Source: Halarcobacter sp. (lineage in GTDB: Bacteria; Campylobacterota; Campylobacteria; Campylobacterales; Arcobacteraceae). From it: a stretch of DNA of 64,000 bases. The stretch spans positions 1,248,001 to 1,312,000 of the forward strand of contig CP182352.1 of assembly GCA_048571215.1 (NCBI GenBank). The letters run 5' to 3'. The notes beneath the pieces are model-generated. The model made no database searches and was not told the origin of the DNA. It saw nothing but the letters and a program-made list of their open reading frames with translations. Shown one piece after another: positions 51,231 to 60,144 of the stretch. Position 1 is the stretch's first letter; each line of letters begins with the position of its first letter. Both the position numbers and the translations under genes were made by a program.

Positions 51231-51839
51231 TTATTTTTTATATAAGACTTTTATCATATTAACCGCCTGATTAAGTAGGTTTTCATGCTCCTCTTTTGGA
51301 AGAGGTAAAGCCCCATAAAATTGTTGATATAAAACAAAAGATTTAATCATACCTATAAATTGTCTTGAAACAAAAGCACTGCTTTCAAACTCTAGTTTTC
51401 CATCTTTTTTAGCATCTTCAAACCATTGGACAACCATTAACATACAATCATCTTTTACTATATCTAAAACTTTTAGTCCAATTTGATTTTTTTGAATCAT
51501 TACAATTGTTGCAATTTTTATTAAAGTAATATTTTCTTCATCGTTTAAGAAGTTTAATTCTTGTCTTCCTATTTCATATAGTTGCTCTTCTATTGGCTTA
51601 TCTTTTTTATAAGTGTATTCGAAACTTTCATAAAGTCTATCTTTTAAAATTTCAACAATAGCTATAAATAAATCTTCTTTATTTTTAAAGTGATTATAAA
51701 CAGTAGCCTTAGATACATTTGCTTCTTTAGAGATTGTATCCATACTAGAGCCTTCAAATCCCTTTTCATAAAATTCTGATATGGCAGCTTTTATTATTGC
51801 TTTTCTTTTTTCTTCATTTAGTGGTCTCTTTTTTTTCAT
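51231..51839 (-). CDS. TetR/AcrR-family regulator
   Basis: AA..EF.EKGF...SMD.I..EANVSKATVYNHF.NKE. Confidence 0.92.
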   Translation of the reverse strand: MKKKRPLNEEKRKAIIKAAISEFYEKGFEGSSMDTISKEANVSKATVYNHFKNKEDLFIAIVEILKDRLYESFEYTYKKDKPIEEQLYEIGRQELNFLNDEENITLIKIATIVMIQKNQIGLKVLDIVKDDCMLMVVQWFEDAKKDGKLEFESSAFVSRQFIGMIKSFVLYQQFYGALPLPKEEHENLLNQAVNMIKVLYKK

Positions 51840-51878
51840 GTAAATATTATATCAAAAAATCTTATAAAAAATGATAAA

Positions 51879-51901
51879 ATAAACTAAACTGTATAGTTTA
51901 T
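51879..51901. promoter_or_regulatory. Putative TetR operator
   Basis: ATAAACTA-N7-TAGTTTAT in the divergent tetR/iorA intergenic region. Confidence 0.6.
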
Positions 51902-51958
51902 ATTGAATTAAGATTTTTATATTAAAATTCTTTTTATAGTTCAAAAAAAGGAAAAAAG

Positions 51959-52414
51959 ATGTCTTTTAAAATAACAGTTGATGAAAAAAATTATAACTTA
52001 GATATAAATCCTGATACTCCTCTTCTTTGGGTATTAAGAGATCACTTAAATCTTACTGGTACAAAATTTGGGTGTGGAGTAGGTAAATGTGGAGCCTGTA
52101 CCGTGCTTTTAGATGACAAAGCAGTTAGAGCTTGTCAAACCCCTATTAATAAAATAGGAGATAAAAAAATCACTACTATCGAAACACAAACAGATAAAAC
52201 CGTACAAAAACTACAAAAATTTTGGGTACAAGAAGATGTTGTTCAATGTGGATATTGTCAAACTGGACAAATCATGAATGCAACAGGTCTTTTAAAAACA
52301 AATCCAAAACCAAGCGATGAAGAGATAATAAAAGCTATGGATGGAAATATCTGTAGATGTGGAACATACAACAAAATAAAGACAGCCATAAAAGCTGCAA
52401 CAGCAGAGGTGTAA
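51959..52414 (+). CDS. iorA: (2Fe-2S) subunit of isoquinoline 1-oxidoreductase-like molybdoenzyme
   Basis: GTKFGCGVGKCGACT, QCGYCQTGQ, NICRCGTY. Confidence 0.88.
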   Translation: MSFKITVDEKNYNLDINPDTPLLWVLRDHLNLTGTKFGCGVGKCGACTVLLDDKAVRACQTPINKIGDKKITTIETQTDKTVQKLQKFWVQEDVVQCGYCQTGQIMNATGLLKTNPKPSDEEIIKAMDGNICRCGTYNKIKTAIKAATAEV

Positions 52415-52415
52415 G

Positions 52416-54551
52416 ATGAAAAGAAGAGATTTTTTAAAAACAACTACAGCTGTAAGTGCAGCATATGTTATAGGGTTTTATATACCTACTAAATCAAGAG
52501 CTAGTGAACCTAAAAAAGAGGGAAAAACATTACAACCAAATGCTTTTGTTGAAATAACACCAGATAATAATATCAACTTTATTGTTGGACAAGTTGAGAT
52601 GGGACAAGGTACATACACAACATTAGCTATGTGTATAGCAGAAGAGTTAAATGTAGATTGGAAAGATATCAATATCGTACCTGCAAAAATAGCACCAGTA
52701 TACAATAGTGTTTTTGGTCCATTGATGATAACTGGTGGTTCATCATCTGTATATAGTAAACAATTGGAGATGAGAAAAATAGGAGCTGCTGTAAATGAGA
52801 TGTTAATCAAAGCAGCTGCAAAAAAATGGAAAGTAAGAGCTTATGATATTTATACAAAAGATTCAAAAGTTTTTAACAAAAAAACAAAAGAGAGTATGAA
52901 CTTTGGTGATTTAGTAAGTGATTTATCAACTATGAAAATTCCTAATAATCCTAAAATAAAAGAGCTAAAAGATTGTAAATTTGTTGGTAAGCCACAACCA
53001 AGACATCCAAAAGAGATGTGGGCAAAAGTTACAGGAAAAGCAGAGTTTGGGATAGATGTAAGAGTTCCAAATATGAAATATGCAGCAATTTACCACCCTA
53101 CTATTTTTGGGGCAAAGGTCAAAAGTTATGATGCAAGTAAAGCCTTAAAAAAAGATGGTGTTATAAAGGTAAAACAAATCCCTTCAGGAATTGCTGTTAT
53201 TGCTGAGCATTGGTGGATAGCAAAAGAAGCTTTATTTGATATAGATGTTGTTTGGGAAAATGATGATTTCAAAAATACAAGTGAAAAAGATATTGATGCA
53301 CAATATTCAAAACTATTAGATACAGATGGTGCGATTATGAGAAAAGATGGGGATAGCAAAAAAGCTTTTGCGAGTGCTGATAAAACAATCGAAGCTGAGT
53401 ATGATTTTCCATTTTTAGCCCATGCACCTATGGAGCCATTAGGAATAGTTGTACATCATGATAAAGACAAAGCAACTGTTTGGTCATCATCTCAATCACA
53501 AACTTTGGCGTTAGGAGCTATTACAAAAGTATTAGGGGTAAAAGGTGAAAATGTCACTTACCATACACCCTACTTAGGTGGTGCTTTTGGGAGAAGAGGA
53601 GCTATTAACCTTGACTTTGTTTTAGATGGAGCTTTTGTTTCAAAAGATGAAGAGTTTCCTATCATGACTTTATGGACAAGAGAAGATGATATCAAGATGG
53701 GTAACTATAGACCAAAATATAAAAACAAAGTAAAAGTAGCTTTAGATAAACATGGGGATATCACAGCATTTGATGCCAAAGTGGTTTCACAATCTATTTT
53801 CAAAGGTTCAGCTTTTGAAGCCTTTGGTTTCAAAGATGGAGTAGATGGTGCACAAAAAGAGGGATTGGCAGATCATCCTTATGATATAGACAGCAATGAT
53901 ATGCAAGCACATACTGTAGACTCTCCAATACCAGTATTATGGTGGAGATCAGTGGGGCATACACAAAGTTCACCTACAGTTGAAGGTATAGTTGATGAAG
54001 CAGCATTTGCTGCTGGTGTTGATCCTATCAAATATAGAATAAATATGCTAAAAGACCATAGATTTATAAATATCTTAAAAGATGTGGCTAAAAAAGCAAA
54101 TTGGGAAAATAGAAAAAAAGAGAAAAATGTGGGTTATGGTGTAGCTATTCACGAATCTTTTGGAACTATTTGTGCACAAATTGCAAAGGTAAGAGTTACA
54201 AAAGATGATTTTAAAGTGGAAAAAGTTTGGGCAAGTGTTGATTGTGGCTTTGCTTTCAATCCACAAAATGTGAAAAACCAAATAGCAGGTTCTATTAACT
54301 TTGGTATTGCAGCACTTAAATATAGTGAAATAACTATCAAAAATGGTGAAGCACTACAAAACAACTTTTATGACTATGTAGTTAGTAAAATCTCAGACTC
54401 TCCTGAAATAGAAGTAAGTGTTATAAACTCAGGTGAAAAAATAGGTGGTATAGGAGAACCTGGTGTTCCTCCAATCTTAGCAGCAGTACCAAATGCACTA
54501 TTTGATGCCACTGGAAAAAGATACCACTCTATGCCAATAAAAATAGGCTAA
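52416..54551 (+). CDS. iorB: Molybdopterin-binding subunit (IorB-like), Tat-exported
   Basis: KRRDFLK Tat motif, EMGQG, HAPMEP, LGGAFGRR, WRSVG, GGIGEPG. Confidence 0.88.
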   Translation: MKRRDFLKTTTAVSAAYVIGFYIPTKSRASEPKKEGKTLQPNAFVEITPDNNINFIVGQVEMGQGTYTTLAMCIAEELNVDWKDINIVPAKIAPVYNSVFGPLMITGGSSSVYSKQLEMRKIGAAVNEMLIKAAAKKWKVRAYDIYTKDSKVFNKKTKESMNFGDLVSDLSTMKIPNNPKIKELKDCKFVGKPQPRHPKEMWAKVTGKAEFGIDVRVPNMKYAAIYHPTIFGAKVKSYDASKALKKDGVIKVKQIPSGIAVIAEHWWIAKEALFDIDVVWENDDFKNTSEKDIDAQYSKLLDTDGAIMRKDGDSKKAFASADKTIEAEYDFPFLAHAPMEPLGIVVHHDKDKATVWSSSQSQTLALGAITKVLGVKGENVTYHTPYLGGAFGRRGAINLDFVLDGAFVSKDEEFPIMTLWTREDDIKMGNYRPKYKNKVKVALDKHGDITAFDAKVVSQSIFKGSAFEAFGFKDGVDGAQKEGLADHPYDIDSNDMQAHTVDSPIPVLWWRSVGHTQSSPTVEGIVDEAAFAAGVDPIKYRINMLKDHRFINILKDVAKKANWENRKKEKNVGYGVAIHESFGTICAQIAKVRVTKDDFKVEKVWASVDCGFAFNPQNVKNQIAGSINFGIAALKYSEITIKNGEALQNNFYDYVVSKISDSPEIEVSVINSGEKIGGIGEPGVPPILAAVPNALFDATGKRYHSMPIKIG

Positions 54552-54558
54552 AAAAAAG

Positions 54559-55449
54559 ATGTTTGAGAATAAAGAGTATTTAAAGTTTATTCAAAATAGT
54601 AAAGAAAAGAGTCTTGACTTAGTAGGAGTTAGTGTGATAGAAACATTAGGTTCTACTTATGCAAAGGCTGGAAACCTTATGCTTATAAACTCTAACTTTG
54701 AGTTTATAGGTGTTTTTGGAAGTAAACATCTACATAAACAAATCTTAGAGTATGCAAAAACTGCCTTTGAAGATAAAAAATCTCTATACTTTGAAAATAT
54801 TCCAAAAGATGAATCCTCTGGACATGGAACTAGTAAGTATTTGCTTCAAGTATTTTTAAAAAATGATGATTATGGAGTACTAGATCTTGCTTTAAAAAAT
54901 TTTGATAAAACACTTATTAGAAACATCAAAAATGATGAGTTTGAATTTAGTAAAGAAAAGCATGAAACAAGATATGAGAATGATAAATTCTATCAAGAGA
55001 TCAAACTCCCCTATTCTCTTCTAATCTTTGGTTCAGGTGCCCATGTAAGTTCTTTAATAAGCATGGCTAATCTTATGGGTTGGAAAACTACAGTTATAGA
55101 TATAAATATCAATAAATACTATATAAGTGAAGCTGATGAAATTATAGAGTTGGAAAACTTTGAAGATATTTTAACTATGAATTTAAACTCTTATAATGCT
55201 TCTGTTATATTAAGCCATAGTCCAAAAACTGATGATACTTATCTAAAAGCTCTGCTTAACTCTGAAATTGAATACATAGGACTTATGGGAAATAAAAAGA
55301 AGATGAAAGAGAAAAAAGAAGAGTTCAATCTAGAAAATGACAAAAGATTTTTTGCTCCTGTTGGTTTTGATATTGGTGGGAATACTCACCAATCAATAGC
55401 CCTATCAATTTGTTCACAAATAGAAGCTAGAAAAAATGGAAAAATCTAA
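54559..55449 (+). CDS. xdhC: XdhC/CoxF-family Moco chaperone
   Basis: GSTY...G, FGSG, LSH....D, YIGLMG, APVGFDIGG. Confidence 0.85.
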   Translation: MFENKEYLKFIQNSKEKSLDLVGVSVIETLGSTYAKAGNLMLINSNFEFIGVFGSKHLHKQILEYAKTAFEDKKSLYFENIPKDESSGHGTSKYLLQVFLKNDDYGVLDLALKNFDKTLIRNIKNDEFEFSKEKHETRYENDKFYQEIKLPYSLLIFGSGAHVSSLISMANLMGWKTTVIDININKYYISEADEIIELENFEDILTMNLNSYNASVILSHSPKTDDTYLKALLNSEIEYIGLMGNKKKMKEKKEEFNLENDKRFFAPVGFDIGGNTHQSIALSICSQIEARKNGKI

Positions 55450-56017
55450 TAATCTTGCTATTTTAATATTAGCAGCAGGAAGTTCCGTAAGACTTGGAGA
55501 ACCGAAGCAGTTATTAAAACTTCATGGAAAATCTTTAATAAATATTGCTATTGAAAAGGTACAAAATCTAGGTTTAAATATAACAGTAATACTAGGAGAA
55601 AATAGTGATAAGATAAAAAAAGAGATAAAAAATCACAATGTAAATATAATAAAAAATCCAAATCATAAAAAAGGTATTGGAAACACGATAGCTTTTGGAA
55701 TATCAAATATCAAAGAAGAAAAAGTGTTGATAATGCTTTGTGACCAACCCTTGATACCTAAAGAACACTATAAAAGCTTGATAGAAACCTCAAATAAAAA
55801 TCAAAACAAAATTATCTGCTCAAAATATCAAAATCAATACGCAGTGCCTGCAATATTTCCTAAACAATATTTTGAAGAACTAAAAAAACTAAACGTAGAC
55901 AAAGGAGCAAAACAACTTTTTGGAAAATATATCCCTATAAGTGTAAGCTTAAGTGATGATTACTGTTTAGATATAGATACCAAAGAGGATTTTAAACTCT
56001 TACTTAAAAAGATATAA
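55436..56017 (+). CDS. mocA: Molybdenum cofactor cytidylyltransferase (MocA-like)
   Basis: ILAAGSSVRLG.PKQLL, LCDQP, DKGA, DIDT..D. Confidence 0.82.
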   Translation: MEKSNNLAILILAAGSSVRLGEPKQLLKLHGKSLINIAIEKVQNLGLNITVILGENSDKIKKEIKNHNVNIIKNPNHKKGIGNTIAFGISNIKEEKVLIMLCDQPLIPKEHYKSLIETSNKNQNKIICSKYQNQYAVPAIFPKQYFEELKKLNVDKGAKQLFGKYIPISVSLSDDYCLDIDTKEDFKLLLKKI

Positions 56018-56537
56018 CTTTTTTATCCATACATTTTAATATCTCATATGTCTTACTCACATCATAAGTGGCACTATGATAAGAAAGTGGATCAAAATCT
56101 ATCCCATAAAATATACAAGTCTCATCTAACTTTGGGTTTTTGATATTGCCATTTTTATTTAAAGCTTTTACTATATGTTTGTTTTCTTTCATAGTACAAA
56201 AATGATTTTCAAACTTCACAAGTCTATCAAGATGTCTAAGTTCAAAGTTTATATTGTGAGCTATGAGAGTTTTAACACCACCACAAAACTCAACAAACTC
56301 TTCATCTTCGTTAAAATATGAACTATAATTAGCCCCATCTCTATGTGCAATAATCTTCTCAGGTGTAAGTTTATGAACCTCATAAGAGTAAGGATTAACA
56401 GGATATCGTGAAAGATAATATCTATGGAATTTGTCTGTAACTTTATAATCACCATCTATAAACTCTAGCTTTACAGCGGCAACCTCTATTACATCTTGAG
56501 GATTCATTGTGTTTGTTTCAAAATCTAAAATAATCAT
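56004..56537 (-). CDS. DEDDh 3'-5' exonuclease
   Basis: LDFET, AHNINFE, CTM, HSATYDV. Confidence 0.85.
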   Translation of the reverse strand: MIILDFETNTMNPQDVIEVAAVKLEFIDGDYKVTDKFHRYYLSRYPVNPYSYEVHKLTPEKIIAHRDGANYSSYFNEDEEFVEFCGGVKTLIAHNINFELRHLDRLVKFENHFCTMKENKHIVKALNKNGNIKNPKLDETCIFYGIDFDPLSYHSATYDVSKTYEILKCMDKKVISF

Positions 56538-56659
56538 AAATGGATTATATCATGTAATTTATTTAATATCTCATCTAGCTTTGATAAAATCAAACAAATA
56601 TGGACACTAGAAGATAAAAAAAGTTTAAATAATTCTAAAGGATCAAATTACAAAAACTC

Positions 56660-57607
56660 TTAATCTTTCCACTTTGAACTCCACTGTTTTTGCTCCTCTT
56701 TTGTAAGAAAAGTCCAGATTATGATTCTACTTATTTTTTGCCCATGTTGCATCTCTATAGTATCATATAGATAAGGTTTGATATCCTCTAAAGCATCATA
56801 GATATAAGATAGATTGTCTTTTTTTGAGATGATAGTAGTAAACCAGAAGCAATTTTTTTCGTATTTTTTACTTTCTCTTATCATAGCTTTTACAAAGGCT
56901 ACCTCTCCACCTTTGCACCAAAGTTCATTGCTTTTGCCACCAAAGTTTAATGAAGCCTTATTTACTACTCTTTTAGTTAGGTTTTGAACCTTTCTTTTAC
57001 TTCCAGCTTGGGCTTCTTTTTGTGATTTGTGAAAAGGTGGATTACATAAAGTAAAATAAAATCTATCTTCATCTTTGATAATACCTGTAAAAATATTATT
57101 TGGATTTGTTTGGATTCTACACTCAATTTTACCATCTAAAGAAGGGTTTGATTTTATAATATTTTGTGAAGATTCTATGGAATCTTTTTCTATATCAGAT
57201 CCTACAAATGACCAACCATAAACACTATTTGCAATTATTGGATAGATACAGCTAGCACCAATACCAATATCAAGACCTCTTATCTTTGTTCCTGTTGGAA
57301 CTTTTCCATCATAAGACTTGGCTAATAAATCAGCAAGATAGTGAATATAATCTGCTCTTCCAGGGATTGGAGGACATAAGTATCCTTTTGGGATTGACCA
57401 TTTTGTATTATAAAAGTGTGATAAAAGTGCTTTGTTTAAAGTCAAAACAGCTTCAGCATTTGCAAAATCTATTGAAAGTTCATTGTACTTATTTTCAAAA
57501 ACAAAATCAGCAAGTTTTGGTAAACTTTTTATAAGTAGTGGGAAATCATATCTTTTATTGTGAGGATTTCTTGGATGTAAACCTTTTTTGTGTTGTTTAT
57601 GTGCCAT
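56660..57607 (-). CDS. rlmF: 23S rRNA m6A1618 methyltransferase
   Basis: LHPRN.H, YLCPPIPGRADYIH, LDIGIGASCIYP, CNPPFH. Confidence 0.95.
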   Translation of the reverse strand: MAHKQHKKGLHPRNPHNKRYDFPLLIKSLPKLADFVFENKYNELSIDFANAEAVLTLNKALLSHFYNTKWSIPKGYLCPPIPGRADYIHYLADLLAKSYDGKVPTGTKIRGLDIGIGASCIYPIIANSVYGWSFVGSDIEKDSIESSQNIIKSNPSLDGKIECRIQTNPNNIFTGIIKDEDRFYFTLCNPPFHKSQKEAQAGSKRKVQNLTKRVVNKASLNFGGKSNELWCKGGEVAFVKAMIRESKKYEKNCFWFTTIISKKDNLSYIYDALEDIKPYLYDTIEMQHGQKISRIIIWTFLTKEEQKQWSSKWKD

Positions 57608-57781
57608 AGTCTTATCTTAGTATATTAAATTTTTTTGTATTGTACTATAAGTTTATTATATGTATCTTGCAAAATATATAATTGATTTAAAAAGTTTTAT
57701 ATGAAATTTTACTTTTGCTAATCTTTCATAATATTTAATAATATGAATCAATTTTTATCTTATTTTTTATATTTTTATTGA

Positions 57782-58195
57782 TTATACTTCTTTATTTTCT
57801 TGTTTCTTTAGTAGTTCAATTATTTGTTCATTTTGTCTTCTTAGCTCTCTATTTTGAACTGATTTATCTGTAAAATCTGTAAAAAAGCCAGCAATAGTAC
57901 CACCAATAAATCCCGCTATACCTACACCAACATAAAATGAAAAAGCTACAATTGCTCTTCCTATTTCAGTAACAGGATAAACATCCCCAAAACCTATAGT
58001 ACTAGCTGCCATTTGCAATAACCAAAAAGCATCTCTATATGATGAGATATTTGCATTAATAGAACTTATTTCTGCATAATATAAAGGGATAGCAGCTATA
58101 GAGATATAAGTATAAAGGATCAGAAGTCCTAATATTATTTTACTCATAGGGTGCCATTCTTTTATTCCATAATCATCGATTTTATAAAGAGTCAT
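57782..58195 (-). CDS. Minimal 2-TM potassium channel (KcsA-like)
   Basis: DAFW....STIGFGDVYPVT..GR selectivity filter. Confidence 0.88.
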   Translation of the reverse strand: MTLYKIDDYGIKEWHPMSKIILGLLILYTYISIAAIPLYYAEISSINANISSYRDAFWLLQMAASTIGFGDVYPVTEIGRAIVAFSFYVGVGIAGFIGGTIAGFFTDFTDKSVQNRELRRQNEQIIELLKKQENKEV

Positions 58196-58447
58196 AAAAT
58201 TCCTTTTTTGATTAAGTGATTTATTATCACAATTAATTATATTAAGAAGTAATGTACTAGAATCAAGATTAAATTCACAAACTTTATATCATTTTTTACT
58301 TTTAAAATATACTAAAAGTTCATATTATAGGCAATCAAGGTATCTTCTATAACATATCAATTTTATAAAGTAAAACAAATCTAATAAATTATTTGATATA
58401 ATTTCTATAATTAATAATTTAATTTATTAAAATAAAGGATAAAAAAA

Positions 58448-58759
58448 GTGGCAACAGACTTTGGATTAGAAAAAGCAAAAACACAACAAAAAAGTGTTGT
58501 GTTAGCTTATTTACTTTGGTGGTTTCTTGGTTGGTTAGGTATTCATAGATTATATGCTGGAATGTCAAAATGGTGGTTATACCCAGTATTAGGGCTAGTT
58601 GGAGCTATTACTATTTTTATACTTGTAGGTTATATTATTTTATTAGGATTATTTATCTGGTGGATTATAGATGCAGTAAATCTACATAAAGTAATTCAAC
58701 TTCAAAACCTAGAAGTGATAGAAAACTACGAAAAAACTATGCAAACTCCAATGACATAA
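58448..58759 (+). CDS. TM2-domain membrane protein
   Basis: KS..LAYLLWWFLGWLGIHRLYAG; WWIID. Confidence 0.88.
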   Translation: MATDFGLEKAKTQQKSVVLAYLLWWFLGWLGIHRLYAGMSKWWLYPVLGLVGAITIFILVGYIILLGLFIWWIIDAVNLHKVIQLQNLEVIENYEKTMQTPMT

Positions 58760-58788
58760 AATAGGGTTTTCCTATTTTATGTTTTTTT
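58754..58788 (+). terminator. Rho-independent terminator
   Basis: ACATAAAATAGG-N5-CCTATTTTATGT followed by a T run. Confidence 0.75.
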
Positions 58789-58790
58789 AT

Positions 58791-59138
58791 CTATTTGATA
58801 AATCTTTTTTCTACCTCTTCATCTGTTAATTTAATATTGTTTTCATTTAAAAAAACAAACCAATAAGTATCTTCACCATCTTGAACTTCAATAACTAAAA
58901 CATTCTCTTCTTTATGGTTCTCAACAAACTTTTCAATTGCTTCGAGGGCAGAATATTTCCAATCTTCGTTGTTTCCTGCATCAACAAAAAAACAATCTTC
59001 ACATATAGAGAAAAGATAGTTTCCCGCACCTTAGTAAATTTCAAATGAACTATCATCGTTGTATAGTTTTTCATTTGTAAATGGGCAATATAAGCTAAAT
59101 TTTTTTTGATTTTTTGGTTTTAGAACTACTTTATTCAT
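58791..59138 (-). pseudogene. Acidic hypothetical gene with one in-frame TAA at codon 36
   Basis: MNKVVLKPKNQKKFSLYCPFTNEKLYNDDSSFEIY*GAGNYLFSICEDC...KRFIK*; AGGA SD; stop at 59031-59033. Confidence 0.7.
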
Positions 59139-59184
59139 AATTATCCTAAGTAATTAATTTTTTGGAATTATATTTAACTTTTTA

Positions 59185-59466
59185 TTAATACCTAGCCAAA
59201 ATCTCAATCAAATGAAAACCAAACTCTGTTTTGATAGGTCCATGAACTCTATTTAAATCCTCTTTAAAAACAATAGTATCAAACTCTTCTACCATATCAC
59301 CTTTTGAAAAAGTACCTAAGTTTCCACCACTTTTTTTAGAAGGACATTTTGAAAACTTTTTAGCAGCTTTTTCAAAAGTGATTTCATTTTTGATAATCTC
59401 TTTTTTTAGTTTTCTAGCTAACTTTTCGTTGTTTAATAAGATATGCCTAGCTGTTGCTTTTGCCAT
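59185..59466 (-). CDS. ppiC: Parvulin peptidyl-prolyl isomerase
   Basis: ARHIL, FSKCPS..SGGNLG.F..GDMV.EFD, GPIKTEFGFHLI. Confidence 0.93.
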   Translation of the reverse strand: MAKATARHILLNNEKLARKLKKEIIKNEITFEKAAKKFSKCPSKKSGGNLGTFSKGDMVEEFDTIVFKEDLNRVHGPIKTEFGFHLIEILARY

Positions 59467-59491
59467 TGAGTTCCTTTTTATATAATGGGAA

Positions 59492-59767
59492 TTATATCAA
59501 TTCTATTTTTAACTCTTTACCTAAAACATTGGCAAAACTTTGTAATGTAGATACTTTTATATCTTGGGCATGGTTTTCTATTCTTGATATAGCAGATTTT
59601 TTAGTATGAAGTTTAGCTGCTACTTCATCTTGAGTTAATCCTAACTCTTTTCTAGTAATTTTTAGTAACTCCCCTATTTTGAAATCTTCATATCCATTAT
59701 CAAAGTTTTTTGAAAACTCTTTATCTGTCTTTTTTCTTTTCTTAATATATCTATCTAAATCATCCAT
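59492..59767 (-). CDS. XRE-family HTH antitoxin
   Basis: RKELGLTQDEVAAKL.TKKSAISRIEN; downstream of and overlapping the toxin. Confidence 0.88.
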   Translation of the reverse strand: MDDLDRYIKKRKKTDKEFSKNFDNGYEDFKIGELLKITRKELGLTQDEVAAKLHTKKSAISRIENHAQDIKVSTLQSFANVLGKELKIELI

Positions 59768-60101
59768 TTAAATACTCCATCATTCTTTTTTGAGCTAATA
59801 ATATCTCTTTTCTAGGAATTTTTTGGTCTTTTTTTCTAAAACCATTTGTCAAAACTATTATTTTATCTTTGTGTTCAAAGCCTAAAAATCTAAAGTTATT
59901 GTTGCCATGTTGAACACGAACCTCTATAATATTATTACTATTGGTAAGTCTTTTTAAAAACTTACTTGAAACAATATCCGATTCTCTAATAAGTTTAAAC
60001 ACCCAAAGAACTTTTTGAACATCTTTAGCAGATAAAGAGTCTAAAAAATCATCAATAGGTGATTTCCCTAGTTTAGTCTTATAAAATAATATCTTTTTCA
60101 T
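59760..60101 (-). CDS. RelE/HigB (Gp49-like) toxin
   Basis: SPIDDFL, EVRV, R, VLTNGFRKK.QK.P..EI..A. Confidence 0.85.
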   Translation of the reverse strand: MKKILFYKTKLGKSPIDDFLDSLSAKDVQKVLWVFKLIRESDIVSSKFLKRLTNSNNIIEVRVQHGNNNFRFLGFEHKDKIIVLTNGFRKKDQKIPRKEILLAQKRMMEYLNG

Positions 60102-60104
60102 AAA

Positions 60105-60133
60105 ATGTTAACATATAAGTTAACTTTTGTCAA
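60105..60133 (-). promoter_or_regulatory. TA promoter/operator
   Basis: Minus strand TTGACA-17nt-TAACAT; tandem palindromes ATGTTAACAT and AAGTTAACTT. Confidence 0.65.
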
Positions 60134-60144
60134 TATTTCATTCA

